Shown here: one piece after another, positions 49,985 to 61,745 of the stretch | How the letters are laid out: every line of letters begins with the position of its first letter | Position numbering within the stretch: the first letter of the stretch is position 1 | From: an uncultured Desulfurococcales archaeon | GTDB taxonomy: Archaea; Thermoproteota; Thermoprotei_A; Sulfolobales; CAZCAU01 | Assembly (NCBI GenBank): GCA_964496855.1 | Contig: CAZCAU010000002.1 | Span: 4,122 to 68,121, forward strand | Direction: 5' to 3' | DNA length: 64,000 nucleotides | Notes under the pieces: generated by a model | Databases searched by the model: none | Told to the model about the DNA's origin: nothing | Seen by the model: the letters and a program-made list of their open reading frames with translations, nothing else | Program-made: the position numbers and the translations under genes

Positions 49985-50581
49985 CTAGGGAAAGCCTACA
50001 ATCATGCAGTACGTTAGATAAGGACATCTTTGACATTTTCCTGGACTATATTTGGCTGCCGGGAATATACCATATGCTTTCACGTAATATATTTCTTCTA
50101 ATATTTTATGAAAACGCGTAACATCATTAGATGTTATCTTCACAAAGAATTCTCTATCACGGTACCGTAGCAGAGTCCTTATCTCTTTCTGTACCACACC
50201 TGATAACAACATGTAATATGCAACTAGTTGCATCTTATCAGAATGCCAGGGTCTCCCATTGGCTGGGGCTTTACCACTTTTTATCTCTACTATTTGAAGA
50301 TGATCTTTACCAGGAAGAATCGCGTCTGGACGCCCTACTAATAGTATGTTCCCTAGTGGTCTTTCAATACTTTTTTCTACAAGTGCTCCTCTCCTCCTGA
50401 TACGTATTAGGCTCTCCAAGATAAAGTGATAAAGTCTACCAAGAGCAAGTCTCAGTTTCTCGGAGAAGCTCTTTTCTCTACTCATGTACGTCTCATAGAA
50501 GAAGAGCCGGGGACAATAAGTATAAGTTCTCACTTCACTAGGTGTTATCTTTAAGTATTCACTGTTAACATTATTCCTCAT
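49985..50581 (-). CDS. Cas4-like PD-(D/E)xK nuclease (mirror copy)
   Basis: Twin of 13050..13646; identical 198-aa translation. Confidence 0.65.
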   Translation of the reverse strand: MRNNVNSEYLKITPSEVRTYTYCPRLFFYETYMSREKSFSEKLRLALGRLYHFILESLIRIRRRGALVEKSIERPLGNILLVGRPDAILPGKDHLQIVEIKSGKAPANGRPWHSDKMQLVAYYMLLSGVVQKEIRTLLRYRDREFFVKITSNDVTRFHKILEEIYYVKAYGIFPAAKYSPGKCQRCPYLTYCMIVGFP

Positions 50582-50699
50582 AATATGATACCTATTGGGC
50601 TTGGTCTGCTAGTTATTTTCAGCAGACTGTTCTTTAACACGTATTACTCTATAAAATTAAATATTGTTAATTAAGCTACGTGTTTAGATGAAGGTAATT

Positions 50700-53600
50700 T
50701 TATTTCACAGGCTTAATTATTATTACTACCTCACGTCCATCGATGTCCCAAGACTCTCTTAACTCATCCTCCCCTACTTGTTCGCTTGCTACAGCACCTG
50801 TCCTTATCTCTATACTTCTCGTCTCTTCTTTAAGGTAGTCATTGTACAATTTCACAGCTTCAAGCATGTCAGCATCCTTAGTGTATATAGATGTGACTAT
50901 GTATGTGTCTACTGGTAGCTGTAGTTTTTTTCTCATAAACTGTATTCTTCTAACAAGATCTCTCGCAAGACCCTCAAGTATCTCTTGTTTTGATAACCTA
51001 GTGTCTATAGCAATGAATCCCCAGTCGGTTTCTTTCACGGACAACCAGTCGGGGTAATCACTTACTAGCCGCACATGCTCTTTGCGTAGGACGAGTTTTT
51101 TGCCATTCTCGAGAGTTATCTCGTAGTATCCTTTAGTAGCTATGCTTCCAGCTATCTCTTTGTTCTTCTCTTCTATTGTTTTAATTACAAAGGGCGTGTT
51201 AGACTTGAATTCTTTACCAATGATGCTAAGTACAGGTTCTACTCTTATCTTTCTCATAGCTTTAAAGTCTTCAACACTTAATATCTCAAGATTCTTGGCG
51301 TTTGCTTGTTCCAGTAGTATCTTCTTGAAGAAGTTTACGGCGTCGAGTACTTTTTGATTAGTAGACGAGATAATTAGTCTTGCCACGGGTTGTCTTAGCT
51401 TTATACCAGCTTTCATTCTCGCGACAAGAGTATTCTCGATAACTTCTCTCACTATACTCATTTTTTCTTCAAGATTGTCATCGATGTACTCTTCGCGATA
51501 ACTAGGCCAGTTCTCTAGATGTATACTTGTTTTAGCTTTGTCTTCGAACTCTCTTATGAATACCTGGTATAGGTACTCGCTTATGAACGGCGTTATAGGA
51601 GATATTAGTAGAAGCCATGTTCTGAGAGCATTGTATAGTACTGTATATGATGCTAGTTTTTGCGGAGATAACTCTTCTTCCCAAGCTTTCCTACGTACTA
51701 ATCGTATATACCAGTGGCTTACATCATCCACTATGAAGTCTACTAAGTGTCTGACCGCCTCATGTATCCTGTACTCTTCAAAAGCCTTGGTAACTTCTTT
51801 TACAAGCTTGTTAGTCTTGTTCAGGAGCCACTTATCTTCAGGTCCCAAAGCATTAGACTCTAGTAGTTGTTCTACCGATGACTTGGAAGGCGAGAACTTG
51901 TCTAGTTTCATATAGGTGTACGCGAATCTGAATACGTTCCATGCTATAGATAGGGTTTTCTTAGCTAACTCTATTCGTTTCCAGGAGAACCTTATATCTT
52001 CCCAGGTAGTATTCCCTAGTACCCAGAGCCTAAATATGTCACGTCCATACCTATCTATAACTTCATCAGGCTCCACGTAGTTGCCCAGGCTCTTGTGCAT
52101 CTCCCTACCATGCTCGTCAAGCATGAAGCCGTGGACAAGGACAGTAGTGTAAGGGGCCTCGCCAAAACCTATTACTCCGCTTCTTAACAAACTAAAGAAC
52201 CATCCTCTAGTCTGATCATGGCCTTCAACTATGAAGTCTACTGGTTTAAGATCGTCCCATAGTTTGCTCTTAGGATACCCGAGACTCGCGTAGAAGGAGA
52301 CGCCGCTATCAAACCATACGTCTAGCACATCCGGTATTCTATACATTTCTCCCCCGCATCGTGGGCATTTAAGCACTACCTCGTCTATGTCTGGCCTGTG
52401 CGGATCCTCGGGTATGTATGAAGCACCGAATTTTCTCAGCTCTTCTTTACTGCCTATAACAATGGTTTGTCCACAGTTATTGCACCGCCATATAGGTAGC
52501 GGTATCCCCCAGTACCTCTGCCTGGATATAACCCAGTCCCTAACGTCTCTAATCCAGTTCATAAACCTCTCTTTAGCCCAATCTGGTATCCATTTGACTT
52601 TATCAGCTTCTTCAATAAGCTTCTTATACAGCCTTGAGACTCGTATGAACCATTGTTTTGTAGCTCTCAATATAAGTGGTGTTTTGCATCTCCAGCAAAC
52701 TGGGTAACGATGCTCTATGGTAGATGATGCCAGAAGAGCATTCTTCTCTTTGAGATCTCTTATTATTACATTATTAGCATCTTTGAAGTACAATCCTCTA
52801 TACTTGCCAGCCTCAGCCACGAATCTTCCTTGATCGTCTATGAGTGATACTATTGGGAAACCAAGCTTCTTAGCTATCTCAAAATCTATTGTTCCGTGAC
52901 CAGGTGCCGCATGCACCAAGCCTGTACCTTCATAGGGAGATACCGCCTCAGGCGCTGCAACTATCTTGTGGTACTCATCAAGCTTTTTCTGAGCGTCAAC
53001 TAAATCTCTGAGTGGATGAGCATATTTCTTTCCCACTAGTTCTTTGCCCTTGAACTTCTTTTTTATACTATAATGTGTTATGCCAGCCTCTTTTTCTAAT
53101 ACCTCTTTTACCCTGTTTTCTAGAAGGACCAGTACTATCCTCTTATCATTCACAACAGCCTCTACTTCTGCGTAGTCTAGGTCCGGGTGCACCATTACCA
53201 TGGTATTAGCGGGAAGCGTCCATGGTGTGGTAGTCCAGATAACAATGTACTTCTCATTCTCTCCTATAAGTGGGAAAAGCACATATATTGATGGGTCACG
53301 CATAATCCTATACTCTGATACTTCATAGTCAGCTAGTGTAGTCTCGCATCTCGGACACCAGTGCAGTACACTCACGTCTTCTTCTAGAAGACCCTTCTCA
53401 TACGCTCTTTTTATCAGCCACCAGCCCGACTCTATGTACTCCGGATCTAACGTGAGATACGGATTATTCCAATCCATCTCCACGCCTAGATCTTTAAACT
53501 TCTCTTTCATACCCTCCATATTACTTAGTGCGAGCTCTTTGCATTTCTCGACAAACTCCTTTATACCTATCTTCTCGATGATTTCACGCTTATTCTTTAT

Positions 53601-53918
53601 ACCAAGTTGTTTTTCCATCTGTACCTCTATAGGTAATCCATGACAATCGAAACCCGGCTTATCCCATACGTTGTAGCCTTGCATTCTCTTGTATCTCAGT
53701 ACTGAGTCCTTGATAACCTTATTCCAAGCAGTACCTATGTGTATACTTGGTGCTGAGACGTATGGTGGGCCGTCTAAGAAATAGAATTTCTTCTTAGCAC
53801 TTTTTATAGAATCCTCAATTAATTTGCGTAGACCTATGTTATCCCAGTACCTGAATATAGCTTCTTCAACATCATGAGGTACATAGTGTTCTTTGAAGAT
53901 AAGTGAACGTTTATCCAT
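50700..53918 (-). CDS. ileS: Isoleucyl-tRNA synthetase (mirror copy)
   Basis: Twin of 9713..12931; identical 1072-aa translation. Confidence 0.93.
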   Translation of the reverse strand: MDKRSLIFKEHYVPHDVEEAIFRYWDNIGLRKLIEDSIKSAKKKFYFLDGPPYVSAPSIHIGTAWNKVIKDSVLRYKRMQGYNVWDKPGFDCHGLPIEVQMEKQLGIKNKREIIEKIGIKEFVEKCKELALSNMEGMKEKFKDLGVEMDWNNPYLTLDPEYIESGWWLIKRAYEKGLLEEDVSVLHWCPRCETTLADYEVSEYRIMRDPSIYVLFPLIGENEKYIVIWTTTPWTLPANTMVMVHPDLDYAEVEAVVNDKRIVLVLLENRVKEVLEKEAGITHYSIKKKFKGKELVGKKYAHPLRDLVDAQKKLDEYHKIVAAPEAVSPYEGTGLVHAAPGHGTIDFEIAKKLGFPIVSLIDDQGRFVAEAGKYRGLYFKDANNVIIRDLKEKNALLASSTIEHRYPVCWRCKTPLILRATKQWFIRVSRLYKKLIEEADKVKWIPDWAKERFMNWIRDVRDWVISRQRYWGIPLPIWRCNNCGQTIVIGSKEELRKFGASYIPEDPHRPDIDEVVLKCPRCGGEMYRIPDVLDVWFDSGVSFYASLGYPKSKLWDDLKPVDFIVEGHDQTRGWFFSLLRSGVIGFGEAPYTTVLVHGFMLDEHGREMHKSLGNYVEPDEVIDRYGRDIFRLWVLGNTTWEDIRFSWKRIELAKKTLSIAWNVFRFAYTYMKLDKFSPSKSSVEQLLESNALGPEDKWLLNKTNKLVKEVTKAFEEYRIHEAVRHLVDFIVDDVSHWYIRLVRRKAWEEELSPQKLASYTVLYNALRTWLLLISPITPFISEYLYQVFIREFEDKAKTSIHLENWPSYREEYIDDNLEEKMSIVREVIENTLVARMKAGIKLRQPVARLIISSTNQKVLDAVNFFKKILLEQANAKNLEILSVEDFKAMRKIRVEPVLSIIGKEFKSNTPFVIKTIEEKNKEIAGSIATKGYYEITLENGKKLVLRKEHVRLVSDYPDWLSVKETDWGFIAIDTRLSKQEILEGLARDLVRRIQFMRKKLQLPVDTYIVTSIYTKDADMLEAVKLYNDYLKEETRSIEIRTGAVASEQVGEDELRESWDIDGREVVIIIKPVK

Positions 53919-53932
53919 GGCTATTCATCTCT

Positions 53933-54211
53933 TTACTCTATCTTTATCTCATCAATTCTAAGACCAGATACTTCTTCACTATACTTAGAAAGAAGATTGA
54001 AGAGAATACTTTTATCAATATGAGTTTTGCCTCGCGAGGGAATTATTTCAATATATCTAAATTCTGGGAAAATAGACTTATGAATGATAATATTCACGTC
54101 AAGAGTGTTATCGAGTTCTTTAAGGATTTTCTTAAATAACTCTTCATCGTATAACGTGAAATACACCCTGTATTTAGTCTCCGTGTTCTTTCTGCTCATA
54201 ACGTCTAGCAC
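53933..54211 (-). CDS. Hypothetical small protein (mirror copy)
   Basis: Twin of 9420..9698; identical 92-aa translation. Confidence 0.35.
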   Translation of the reverse strand: MLDVMSRKNTETKYRVYFTLYDEELFKKILKELDNTLDVNIIIHKSIFPEFRYIEIIPSRGKTHIDKSILFNLLSKYSEEVSGLRIDEIKIE

Positions 54212-54673
54212 CAGAATATATCAGCTGTCACTACGAAGAAGTCTTAAGTAACCCTTATTAAAATATCTATACCTGACTATATGGATGAAGAAGGGTGCAA
54301 ACGCTGACAAGTAGCTGTTTTGTGATGAGTAGAGAAGCTTGAATAACACCAAAATCATTATCCCTCAGCAACTAGTTATCATCACCGTTTTCTGTCTCAG
54401 TACTCGGCAAATTCTTCACTGGGCCAGAAAGCTGCTTACTATCTCTACGCAACCATTAGTATATTATTATCTCGGCATGGTAAAACTATTTTGGCTTGAT
54501 TAGCAACTTAGTATACCCGGTGAAGACGTAGTGGGTGGCAGACAGAGAACAACAATATTCATGGGTATAGGGAAAGAGTCTAAAGAAGAAGAGGAAAAAA
54601 CTAGCAAGAAAGGTAAGAAGAAAAAGTAGAGGAGCTTTTCGACCCTCCTCTACTCCATGTTCTAGGTGAAGAT

Positions 54674-55546
54674 ATGAGTTTTTATTCTATCGCAATAGCT
54701 TTTCCTGGAAGCATAGTCGAGGTTGAGCCAGGCCCTCTCAGGAAGACTCTAAAACTAGGACTAATAGCGAGGAGCGCTGTAATTTTTGGCGTAGACGAGC
54801 TAATTGTATACGCTGATAGGTATACACGTAAAGATTCTCTTGAGCTTGTTGCCGACGTACTCGGATACGCTGTTGTACCACCATACTTAAAGAAAATGGT
54901 GTACGGGAAAAAAGATACTCTAAGCAGTGTTGGTGCATTGTATCCACTACAAATACCAACTCATACTGTAACCAGCGAATTAGAGGAGGGAGAATGCAGA
55001 GAGGCCTTAGTTTTTAGGAAGAAGAATAAGTTTTACGCGTATGTTGGTTTAGAGAAGCCGATAGAGCTGATGCATGAACCTAATATTGATAAAAAAGTTA
55101 GAGAAGGATTGCATTTAGTAAAGATAGTGAGAACTAGGGAGAGAGTTCTGGGAGAGATAGTAAAAGATCCTAGCGTTTGTAACAATATTTATCGAGGCTA
55201 TAGAGTTAAGGTTTATCCGGATATAGTATCTCTAATAAGTGACTATGAGAAGAACTATGTGATTTTAGCTACTAGTCGAAAAGGTGTATATGTGAGAGAC
55301 ATCATAGAGGAGCTTAAAGAGGCAGTTAATCGTAAAAAGAAGCTTTTGCTGCTATTCGGCGGACCCTTTGAGGGATTATACGAGATAGCTTCATATCATA
55401 ATCTTAATTTGGATAATAAAGCAGACTATGTGGTTAATGTAGTGTATCATCAATTTACAAAAACCATTAGGACCGAAGAAGCTATTCTAATAACACTAGC
55501 TATCCTAGACTATGCACTGAGTATAACAAGTGTTAAGGCAGGATAG
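54674..55546 (+). CDS. Putative SPOUT-superfamily RNA methyltransferase (mirror copy)
   Basis: Twin of 8085..8957; identical 290-aa translation. Confidence 0.55.
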   Translation: MSFYSIAIAFPGSIVEVEPGPLRKTLKLGLIARSAVIFGVDELIVYADRYTRKDSLELVADVLGYAVVPPYLKKMVYGKKDTLSSVGALYPLQIPTHTVTSELEEGECREALVFRKKNKFYAYVGLEKPIELMHEPNIDKKVREGLHLVKIVRTRERVLGEIVKDPSVCNNIYRGYRVKVYPDIVSLISDYEKNYVILATSRKGVYVRDIIEELKEAVNRKKKLLLLFGGPFEGLYEIASYHNLNLDNKADYVVNVVYHQFTKTIRTEEAILITLAILDYALSITSVKAG

Positions 55547-55578
55547 AGAATAGTCCGAGTAGAAGAAATTAGTATGCT

Positions 55579-55848
55579 TTACACTATACCTAGTCTTGTA
55601 GCGATCTCCGACGCATTATAGCCTTCTGCTAGCTTTATGTATGCTTTTTTCTCGCCACGAGGAGTTATGAGTGTACGTACTTTTTCCACCTTGACCTTAA
55701 AATACTGTTCAACAGCTTCTTTAATCTGTTTCTTTGTAGCCCTTCTATCAACTATGAATGTTAGTGTGTTTTCCCTCTCTATCATTAGTATGGCTTTTTC
55801 GGTGTGTAATGGTCTTAGAAGTATTTTGAAAGGATCAACTCCTGTCAA
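55579..55848 (-). CDS. rpl23: 50S ribosomal protein uL23 (mirror copy)
   Basis: Twin of 7783..8052; identical translation. Confidence 0.89.
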   Translation of the reverse strand: MTGVDPFKILLRPLHTEKAILMIERENTLTFIVDRRATKKQIKEAVEQYFKVKVEKVRTLITPRGEKKAYIKLAEGYNASEIATRLGIV

Positions 55849-56672
55849 GGCGACGCTCCCTCGCTAAACATTTTTGTAAGCATTTCAAGAGCATTCTCGG
55901 TAATTACGGTTAGTCTGCCAGGTACGCCGCCGGGTGCTAGAAGTAGTATGTTGAGTGTCTTAGGAGTCATTATATCTACTCCCGGTAAGTTCCTAACAGC
56001 CAGTGCAAGATTAGATGATGCGTCACTTAGTATGAATAGTATGCTTTTAGGCTCCTTGTAACGTCTCCCCCGCATTTTACCTTTCCCTGCCCTTATACGG
56101 GTTCCCTTCTTGGACCTCTCAACATCCTCCCATAATCCTATCTTTTTGAGGAGCTCGCGAGCATTAGTAGTGTATAGTATGTCATCCTCAACGCCGTTAC
56201 TCAGTATAACTGGTAGGTGCTCTACCGAGAACCTATGACCACGGGCTCGAACCATTTCTGGTATAGATGTAGAAGCAAGAGCACTTAGAAGAGCTATTCT
56301 CTTTTCTTTCTTGTTTATCTCTTCTTTAGTACGCTTCTCCACTCGCGGCGGGTGTGCAGCCATGCCCCCCACAGCAGAGTTTATAAACGCTGCTCTGCCT
56401 ATACCCGGTATTCTAGGTACTCTAGCTATTCCTAATCCTACCCCAAAGCTTCGTGCAGTAGTCCGCTTACCTGCATGGGGGTCTCTTCCTTGAGGCTGTA
56501 TTCTCGATGTAAAGGCTGCGAGAAACGCTCTCCTTATAAGATCCTTTCTTATCGGGAATCCGAAGAACCATGGCAGTTTCATCTTCTTAACTATCTCTCC
56601 ATGTGCATCGTACACTGGGACTTCAGGAGGCTCCTTGCAATATAGTTGCAGGTAAGTATATAAGACAGGCAT
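55845..56672 (-). CDS. rpl4: 50S ribosomal protein uL4 (mirror copy)
   Basis: Twin of 6959..7786; identical translation. Confidence 0.91.
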   Translation of the reverse strand: MPVLYTYLQLYCKEPPEVPVYDAHGEIVKKMKLPWFFGFPIRKDLIRRAFLAAFTSRIQPQGRDPHAGKRTTARSFGVGLGIARVPRIPGIGRAAFINSAVGGMAAHPPRVEKRTKEEINKKEKRIALLSALASTSIPEMVRARGHRFSVEHLPVILSNGVEDDILYTTNARELLKKIGLWEDVERSKKGTRIRAGKGKMRGRRYKEPKSILFILSDASSNLALAVRNLPGVDIMTPKTLNILLLAPGGVPGRLTVITENALEMLTKMFSEGASP

Positions 56673-56687
56673 TCTTCATACACCTCA

Positions 56688-57707
56688 TTATTGTTTACTT
56701 GTTAAACTCAGATACACTATTTCCGGAGCACTAGTGGGTCTCCACTCTGGTGGTCTAATAGGGTGTCTTAATACTAGGGGTCTCTTAGGTGGACCCATTA
56801 CAGAGCCTAGAACGCCTATAAAGTGTGATCTTACTATGCCGTAATGGGGGAAGCCTCCAGAAGGTGTGATCGTATAGCCATCACTCCCCATTAATATTAT
56901 TCTCTTGTTATACTCTGTTCTTCTATGATAGCCCAGCTGGCCTGGCTGAGGAGCCTCGCTTACGGTTCCTATGCCTGGGCTTCTAGCTCCTATTTTTCTA
57001 CTTCCTTTCCTATGCTTATGCCATCTGGGCAGCTCTTTTACTCCAAAACGCTTTATAACACTTCCAAACCCTTTGCCTTTAGTAACGCCTATAACATCAA
57101 TGAACTGGCCTGGTCTGAATACCTGGTCTATGGTAACCTCCTTACCTATGATTCCTAGAGCATAATTAAGCCTGTCTTCTATTGAGCTACCGCCAATTTT
57201 TACTTCTAACAAGTCCGGCTTCTTTTTTTCTAACCCGCCTGCTTTCTTCGGTTGCGAAGCAATGATTACCCTTATGTCAGCTATCTTGTCAAGATTCTCT
57301 TTTATCCTATCTATCCTTTTATCAAAGTCTCCTGCCGAGAACGTGCTTATTGCCCTCTCAATCTCGAGTTCTCTAGGCGGGTCAATCCACGCCTCTGTGA
57401 ACGTGAGTAACCCGTATCCGTACTTGTATCTGTATGCTCTGATAGCTAGTGGTATTATAGGTGGAGTCTCAATTACGGTTATAGGTGCAAATATCTCTCT
57501 TCCAGCTGTGAGAGAATTTTCTCTATCATCTATTATGAGAGCGTGAGTCATCCCAGCTTTGTAACCTATGAAAGCTAGTAGAAGAGGGCCTTGACTAGGG
57601 TCTATTTCGGGCCAGCTTTTAACCCTGGGTAGTATATCTGATGCTCTCTTCCTAGGTCTTACACCCAGGCTTCCGCGTCGTGGTGCGTGTTTTTTCCTAG
57701 CACCCAT
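56688..57707 (-). CDS. rpl3: 50S ribosomal protein uL3 (mirror copy)
   Basis: Twin of 5924..6943; identical translation. Confidence 0.91.
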   Translation of the reverse strand: MGARKKHAPRRGSLGVRPRKRASDILPRVKSWPEIDPSQGPLLLAFIGYKAGMTHALIIDDRENSLTAGREIFAPITVIETPPIIPLAIRAYRYKYGYGLLTFTEAWIDPPRELEIERAISTFSAGDFDKRIDRIKENLDKIADIRVIIASQPKKAGGLEKKKPDLLEVKIGGSSIEDRLNYALGIIGKEVTIDQVFRPGQFIDVIGVTKGKGFGSVIKRFGVKELPRWHKHRKGSRKIGARSPGIGTVSEAPQPGQLGYHRRTEYNKRIILMGSDGYTITPSGGFPHYGIVRSHFIGVLGSVMGPPKRPLVLRHPIRPPEWRPTSAPEIVYLSLTSKQ

Positions 57708-57886
57708 GTGCTTACACCACTTTCTCTAGAGACACCTGTATATCATTACTCTAACGCGTTATCTCTGTCTAGTGCAGGGATTAATTAATTTAGCCCCCTT
57801 AAATAAGCATTATCTATAGAAGGGTGATGAAAGGCGGGCTTATAAGATGCTGCACTTACACTCATGATGAATGCGGTCGTAGCTGA

Positions 57887-58603
57887 CTAGCGCTTTCTAC
57901 GCCCTGTTCTCCTAGCTGCTATATGTCCTACTTTTCTGCCAGGTGGGGTCTCTCTAGCAACTGTTGTCGGGAACGACTCTGATTGATGACTGCCACCACC
58001 ATGGGGGTGAGAGACTGCGTTCATCGCTACACCACGTACTCTAGGCCATTTTCTTGCCTTCTTAGACCACTTGTGATATGCTGCTCCCGCCTTGAGTAAT
58101 GGTTTTTCTATTCTTCCGCCACCTGCTGGTACGCCTATAGTTGCTCTGCACCTATTGTCTATCTCTTTCTTCTTACCACTGGGCAACTGAACTATGCTCT
58201 TATCGCCAGCTCTTCCTATCAACATTGCATAAGAGCCGGGCTGTCTCGCGAGTTTTCCACCGTCACCCGGCCTTAGCTCTATGTTAAATATCTGTGTACC
58301 CTCAGGTATGCTTCCTAGGGGTAGTATGTTGCCATTCTTGATAGAAGCTTCAGCGCCAATTTCTACTACCTGGCCAACATACATGCCCTCTGCCGACAGT
58401 ATCTTAAATTCTATACCATTATCTAACTGTATAACTGCTAAAGGCATATACCTTCCCGAGTCGTGAACTAAAGCTTTCACTATACCCTTATGTGTGCCCT
58501 CAAGATAGGGTGGATACTTGGCAGGACCTTTCCTACCCTTAGTAGGTGATCTAAATGTCGGAGAGCCTCTGCCCATTCTCTGTACTAATATCCGCTTACC
58601 CAA
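57887..58603 (-). CDS. rpl2: 50S ribosomal protein uL2 (mirror copy)
   Basis: Twin of 5028..5744; identical translation. Confidence 0.91.
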   Translation of the reverse strand: MGKRILVQRMGRGSPTFRSPTKGRKGPAKYPPYLEGTHKGIVKALVHDSGRYMPLAVIQLDNGIEFKILSAEGMYVGQVVEIGAEASIKNGNILPLGSIPEGTQIFNIELRPGDGGKLARQPGSYAMLIGRAGDKSIVQLPSGKKKEIDNRCRATIGVPAGGGRIEKPLLKAGAAYHKWSKKARKWPRVRGVAMNAVSHPHGGGSHQSESFPTTVARETPPGRKVGHIAARRTGRRKR

Positions 58604-58706
58604 CCCTGCTACACCTGTATTCTATAGTGAATGATTACTAGGTAATTCTGCCTACTGTTAGTATCACTAAGGACTTAATATACCTTTTTACCTGCCAAGA
58701 GGCGTT

Positions 58707-60281
58707 TCACGAAAGAGTTGTTATAGGAATTATTCTCAAGGGCACAGGAGCCTGTCTACCAGGGATTCTTAACAAGAATTCGCCTACGCTCATAGTAGAA
58801 AGTTTTTCTAGGTATTTATCGCCTAATCCTAGTAATTCTTTCACAGCCTCTAGATACTCTATATTAGAGGACCCGAAAATACCGTAGGAGTGCATGTTAA
58901 CCGCTACTCCTAAGGGAATGTCCTCTGGGGACTGAGTTGCTAGCACAAGGTTTATTCCTAAACTACGTCCTTCTCTAACCATTCTCTTAAAATAATAGCT
59001 CTTAGATTCTAAAACTCTCCAGCCCTCATCAATTATTAGTAGGAGTCTTTTACCCCCGAGGATCTCTGGTGCTTCTTCGTATATGTGTTTTAGTATAAGG
59101 TCTAGCACATTGTTCTTATAGGTGTCACTGAGTTCTGAGATGTCGTACACAACAAGATTCCTTGTTGAAGCATTATACCTTTCTATGCAATCATTGATTA
59201 TGGCTTCTACAAGACTCTGGTTTTTCCCCTCCTCACTTATAGAGTCTGTAATATTGCATCTTAGAGCCAGGGAATCGTCTCCTAACTTGCTACTATACTT
59301 TTTTATCATCTCTACAAAATCTCCCTTAGGATCAATACATACACTTAACCGGAAGGTGTTAAAGAATTCTCTCTGCTCAATGCTTCTTAGCAGGAGTGTT
59401 GCCAGATATGTTGTCTTGCCGGAACCCGTAGGTCCTATCACTAAGTGGTGTTTCTCAGTCATTTTAGCTAATGGTATATAGACAGGGTATCCCGTATCTA
59501 AATCGTAGCCTAAGTAGACGTTGAGATCATCGATAGGGTTGATTCTGGCATATTGTAGTGGATACGGTATTAGAGAAACTGGTTTAACCATAATGGAGTA
59601 TCTATCAGGACTATTGGAACATACGCCTAACGCATCTAATTCTGCTACGGTGAGTATTCTTGTCTCTATGTTCTTATTTACATCAAAATACGCTTTTACA
59701 AGATTTAGCTCTGCGAGTAGTCTTTCTGCATCGCTGTTGTTATTAGCTTTGCGTCTTAATATTAGTACATATGATATAAACGGTACTCTTTTCTCGTACA
59801 TTATCTTTGTATAGATGTCGTGGAGAACTCTATACTCCTGCTTTGCCCTAATCCCAGGCAGGTCCTTGTCGTACTCATATAATGAGAGTTTTTGCAATTC
59901 GTTACCAATCTTCTTTATGAAGTCCCTAGCAGTAACTTTAGTCATAAATAATCGGAGCTCGACTTCTGCATCAATTTCGCTAAGCATCTTATAAAATCCT
60001 GTAAGCTTGGCTTGTAGGTCATGTATATTTGTATCAAGTATGCTTTCGTATAGCGGTACTATTAGTAGTCCTGCCGCATAAACTTTAGAGCTCCCTTCGT
60101 TATTGCACAAGATATATCTCTGACCGCTATGTTTTTTCACAAATACTGTCACTTTATCCAGACTTTTCTTGTGACGCGTATTTACTGTGAGTATTTTCGA
60201 GATGTTCGAATTAACAGTGTTTCTGTAAATCCATGCTAACCCTGCACCACTAAGTATAGCTATTAATAATATGTCGAGCAC
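58707..60281 (-). CDS. Membrane-anchored VirB4/CedB-like P-loop ATPase (mirror copy)
   Basis: Twin of 3350..4924; identical 524-aa translation. Confidence 0.7.
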   Translation of the reverse strand: MLDILLIAILSGAGLAWIYRNTVNSNISKILTVNTRHKKSLDKVTVFVKKHSGQRYILCNNEGSSKVYAAGLLIVPLYESILDTNIHDLQAKLTGFYKMLSEIDAEVELRLFMTKVTARDFIKKIGNELQKLSLYEYDKDLPGIRAKQEYRVLHDIYTKIMYEKRVPFISYVLILRRKANNNSDAERLLAELNLVKAYFDVNKNIETRILTVAELDALGVCSNSPDRYSIMVKPVSLIPYPLQYARINPIDDLNVYLGYDLDTGYPVYIPLAKMTEKHHLVIGPTGSGKTTYLATLLLRSIEQREFFNTFRLSVCIDPKGDFVEMIKKYSSKLGDDSLALRCNITDSISEEGKNQSLVEAIINDCIERYNASTRNLVVYDISELSDTYKNNVLDLILKHIYEEAPEILGGKRLLLIIDEGWRVLESKSYYFKRMVREGRSLGINLVLATQSPEDIPLGVAVNMHSYGIFGSSNIEYLEAVKELLGLGDKYLEKLSTMSVGEFLLRIPGRQAPVPLRIIPITTLS

Positions 60282-60287
60282 TTTTCC

Positions 60288-61718
60288 TCACCAGTATACT
60301 CTGAGTGGTATAGGTATTCTCTCTCTAGCACCCGCTATAACGTATGCAAGTGATGTAGTAATGCTTATCAATAATATATAGTAAGAGATGGGGAGTATAA
60401 TCCATGATACTAGGAAGTTAGCTAATATGATGTCTAGTCTACGGAGATCCAGTGCTCCTCCGAGATATTTCTCCATGTAGCCTTTACTAGGCACTTGAAC
60501 GTCTAGTTCTCTAGGATACTTGCTAATGCTTACATGCAAGTAATAACTCTCGTTACTTTTTAACACGAACTTTATTACTCTGAATTCCTGGCCTCCCCAA
60601 GTGCTAGTAGTGTTAAGAACAGGCGTGACTACAGTCTTGTTCATATACATGTGTACTTTTACCAAAGAATTTTCTGGATAAGCGATTAGGAGCGGGCAAC
60701 TGATAGTAGGGTGTATTGACGCATTAAAGATGCTTGGAGCCTGGGTATTCACGTGTGTTTCCGCACACTTATTCTCTAGTACAATAACCGTATATGGTTT
60801 AGGACTCCACACAACATCTACTGCTGTGAAAGTTAGTTTGACAATACTAGTGGTGTATTGCGCTCTTCCTCCCAGAGACGATAACGAGGGTCTTATGAGT
60901 GTTTGAAGCTTTATACCATCTACTATAATGTATGAATCCACTTCTCTATTAAGAGGGATACCTCCTTCAGGGGGTAGAGCTTTAACAGTGCCGTCTAGAT
61001 CTATAATGTATGATGCTAGTTCTCTGCCCTCCTTATCTGTAAAAACTAGCTGACCACCTCTTAGTGGTTCTCCATACCTATTGACGACCCGCCCCTCAAA
61101 GAATACGATGTGCTCTTCTTCTTGAAGTGAATATGGTATTGTATCAATATTAGAGGGAGAAAAAGTGCTTACGAACAATGGCAGTGACGGCATGCCCACA
61201 AAGAATACAAGTGCGAAAGCTATAAAGAAGGCACCAGCCCATCGTGCAAGTCTAAATGGTATGGCAAATAACAATATTCCAAGTAATAGTATTTTCAAAT
61301 GGTATAGTTGTATTATTTTTGATAAAAGATAGAATGCTTGAAAAGCAACTATTATGTATGATAACAAATGTGATATTGGGGATACAAATACATCTATAAA
61401 TGACCGTACACCTACGCTACTTGAGGCAACACTTACTGTTGCTACCAATAGTTTCAGATTTATTAGAAAGGCTAGCCTCTCTAGAAGCCAAGATGTCAGA
61501 GAAGCCCAGTCATGACCCAGCATGCTATAGAGATAGTACATTATGGATACAATAGTGTGATACGATAATACGAGTATGAGCGAGTAAATACCGTCTCTTA
61601 GAAGTATTGGAGCCCATTTCTTTACACCATAAATCGGGATAGGTAATGAGTACATGAATACGCCTAGATAATACGTTAGTAGGGAAAAAGCGTATGCCAT
61701 TAATAAGACGTCGTCCAA
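60288..61718 (-). CDS. Polytopic membrane protein, candidate CedA/VirB6-like (mirror copy)
   Basis: Twin of 1913..3343; identical 476-aa translation. Confidence 0.65.
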   Translation of the reverse strand: MDDVLLMAYAFSLLTYYLGVFMYSLPIPIYGVKKWAPILLRDGIYSLILVLSYHTIVSIMYYLYSMLGHDWASLTSWLLERLAFLINLKLLVATVSVASSSVGVRSFIDVFVSPISHLLSYIIVAFQAFYLLSKIIQLYHLKILLLGILLFAIPFRLARWAGAFFIAFALVFFVGMPSLPLFVSTFSPSNIDTIPYSLQEEEHIVFFEGRVVNRYGEPLRGGQLVFTDKEGRELASYIIDLDGTVKALPPEGGIPLNREVDSYIIVDGIKLQTLIRPSLSSLGGRAQYTTSIVKLTFTAVDVVWSPKPYTVIVLENKCAETHVNTQAPSIFNASIHPTISCPLLIAYPENSLVKVHMYMNKTVVTPVLNTTSTWGGQEFRVIKFVLKSNESYYLHVSISKYPRELDVQVPSKGYMEKYLGGALDLRRLDIILANFLVSWIILPISYYILLISITTSLAYVIAGARERIPIPLRVYW

Positions 61719-61745
61719 GGTACCGCACCTAGTGTGCTAACCGGG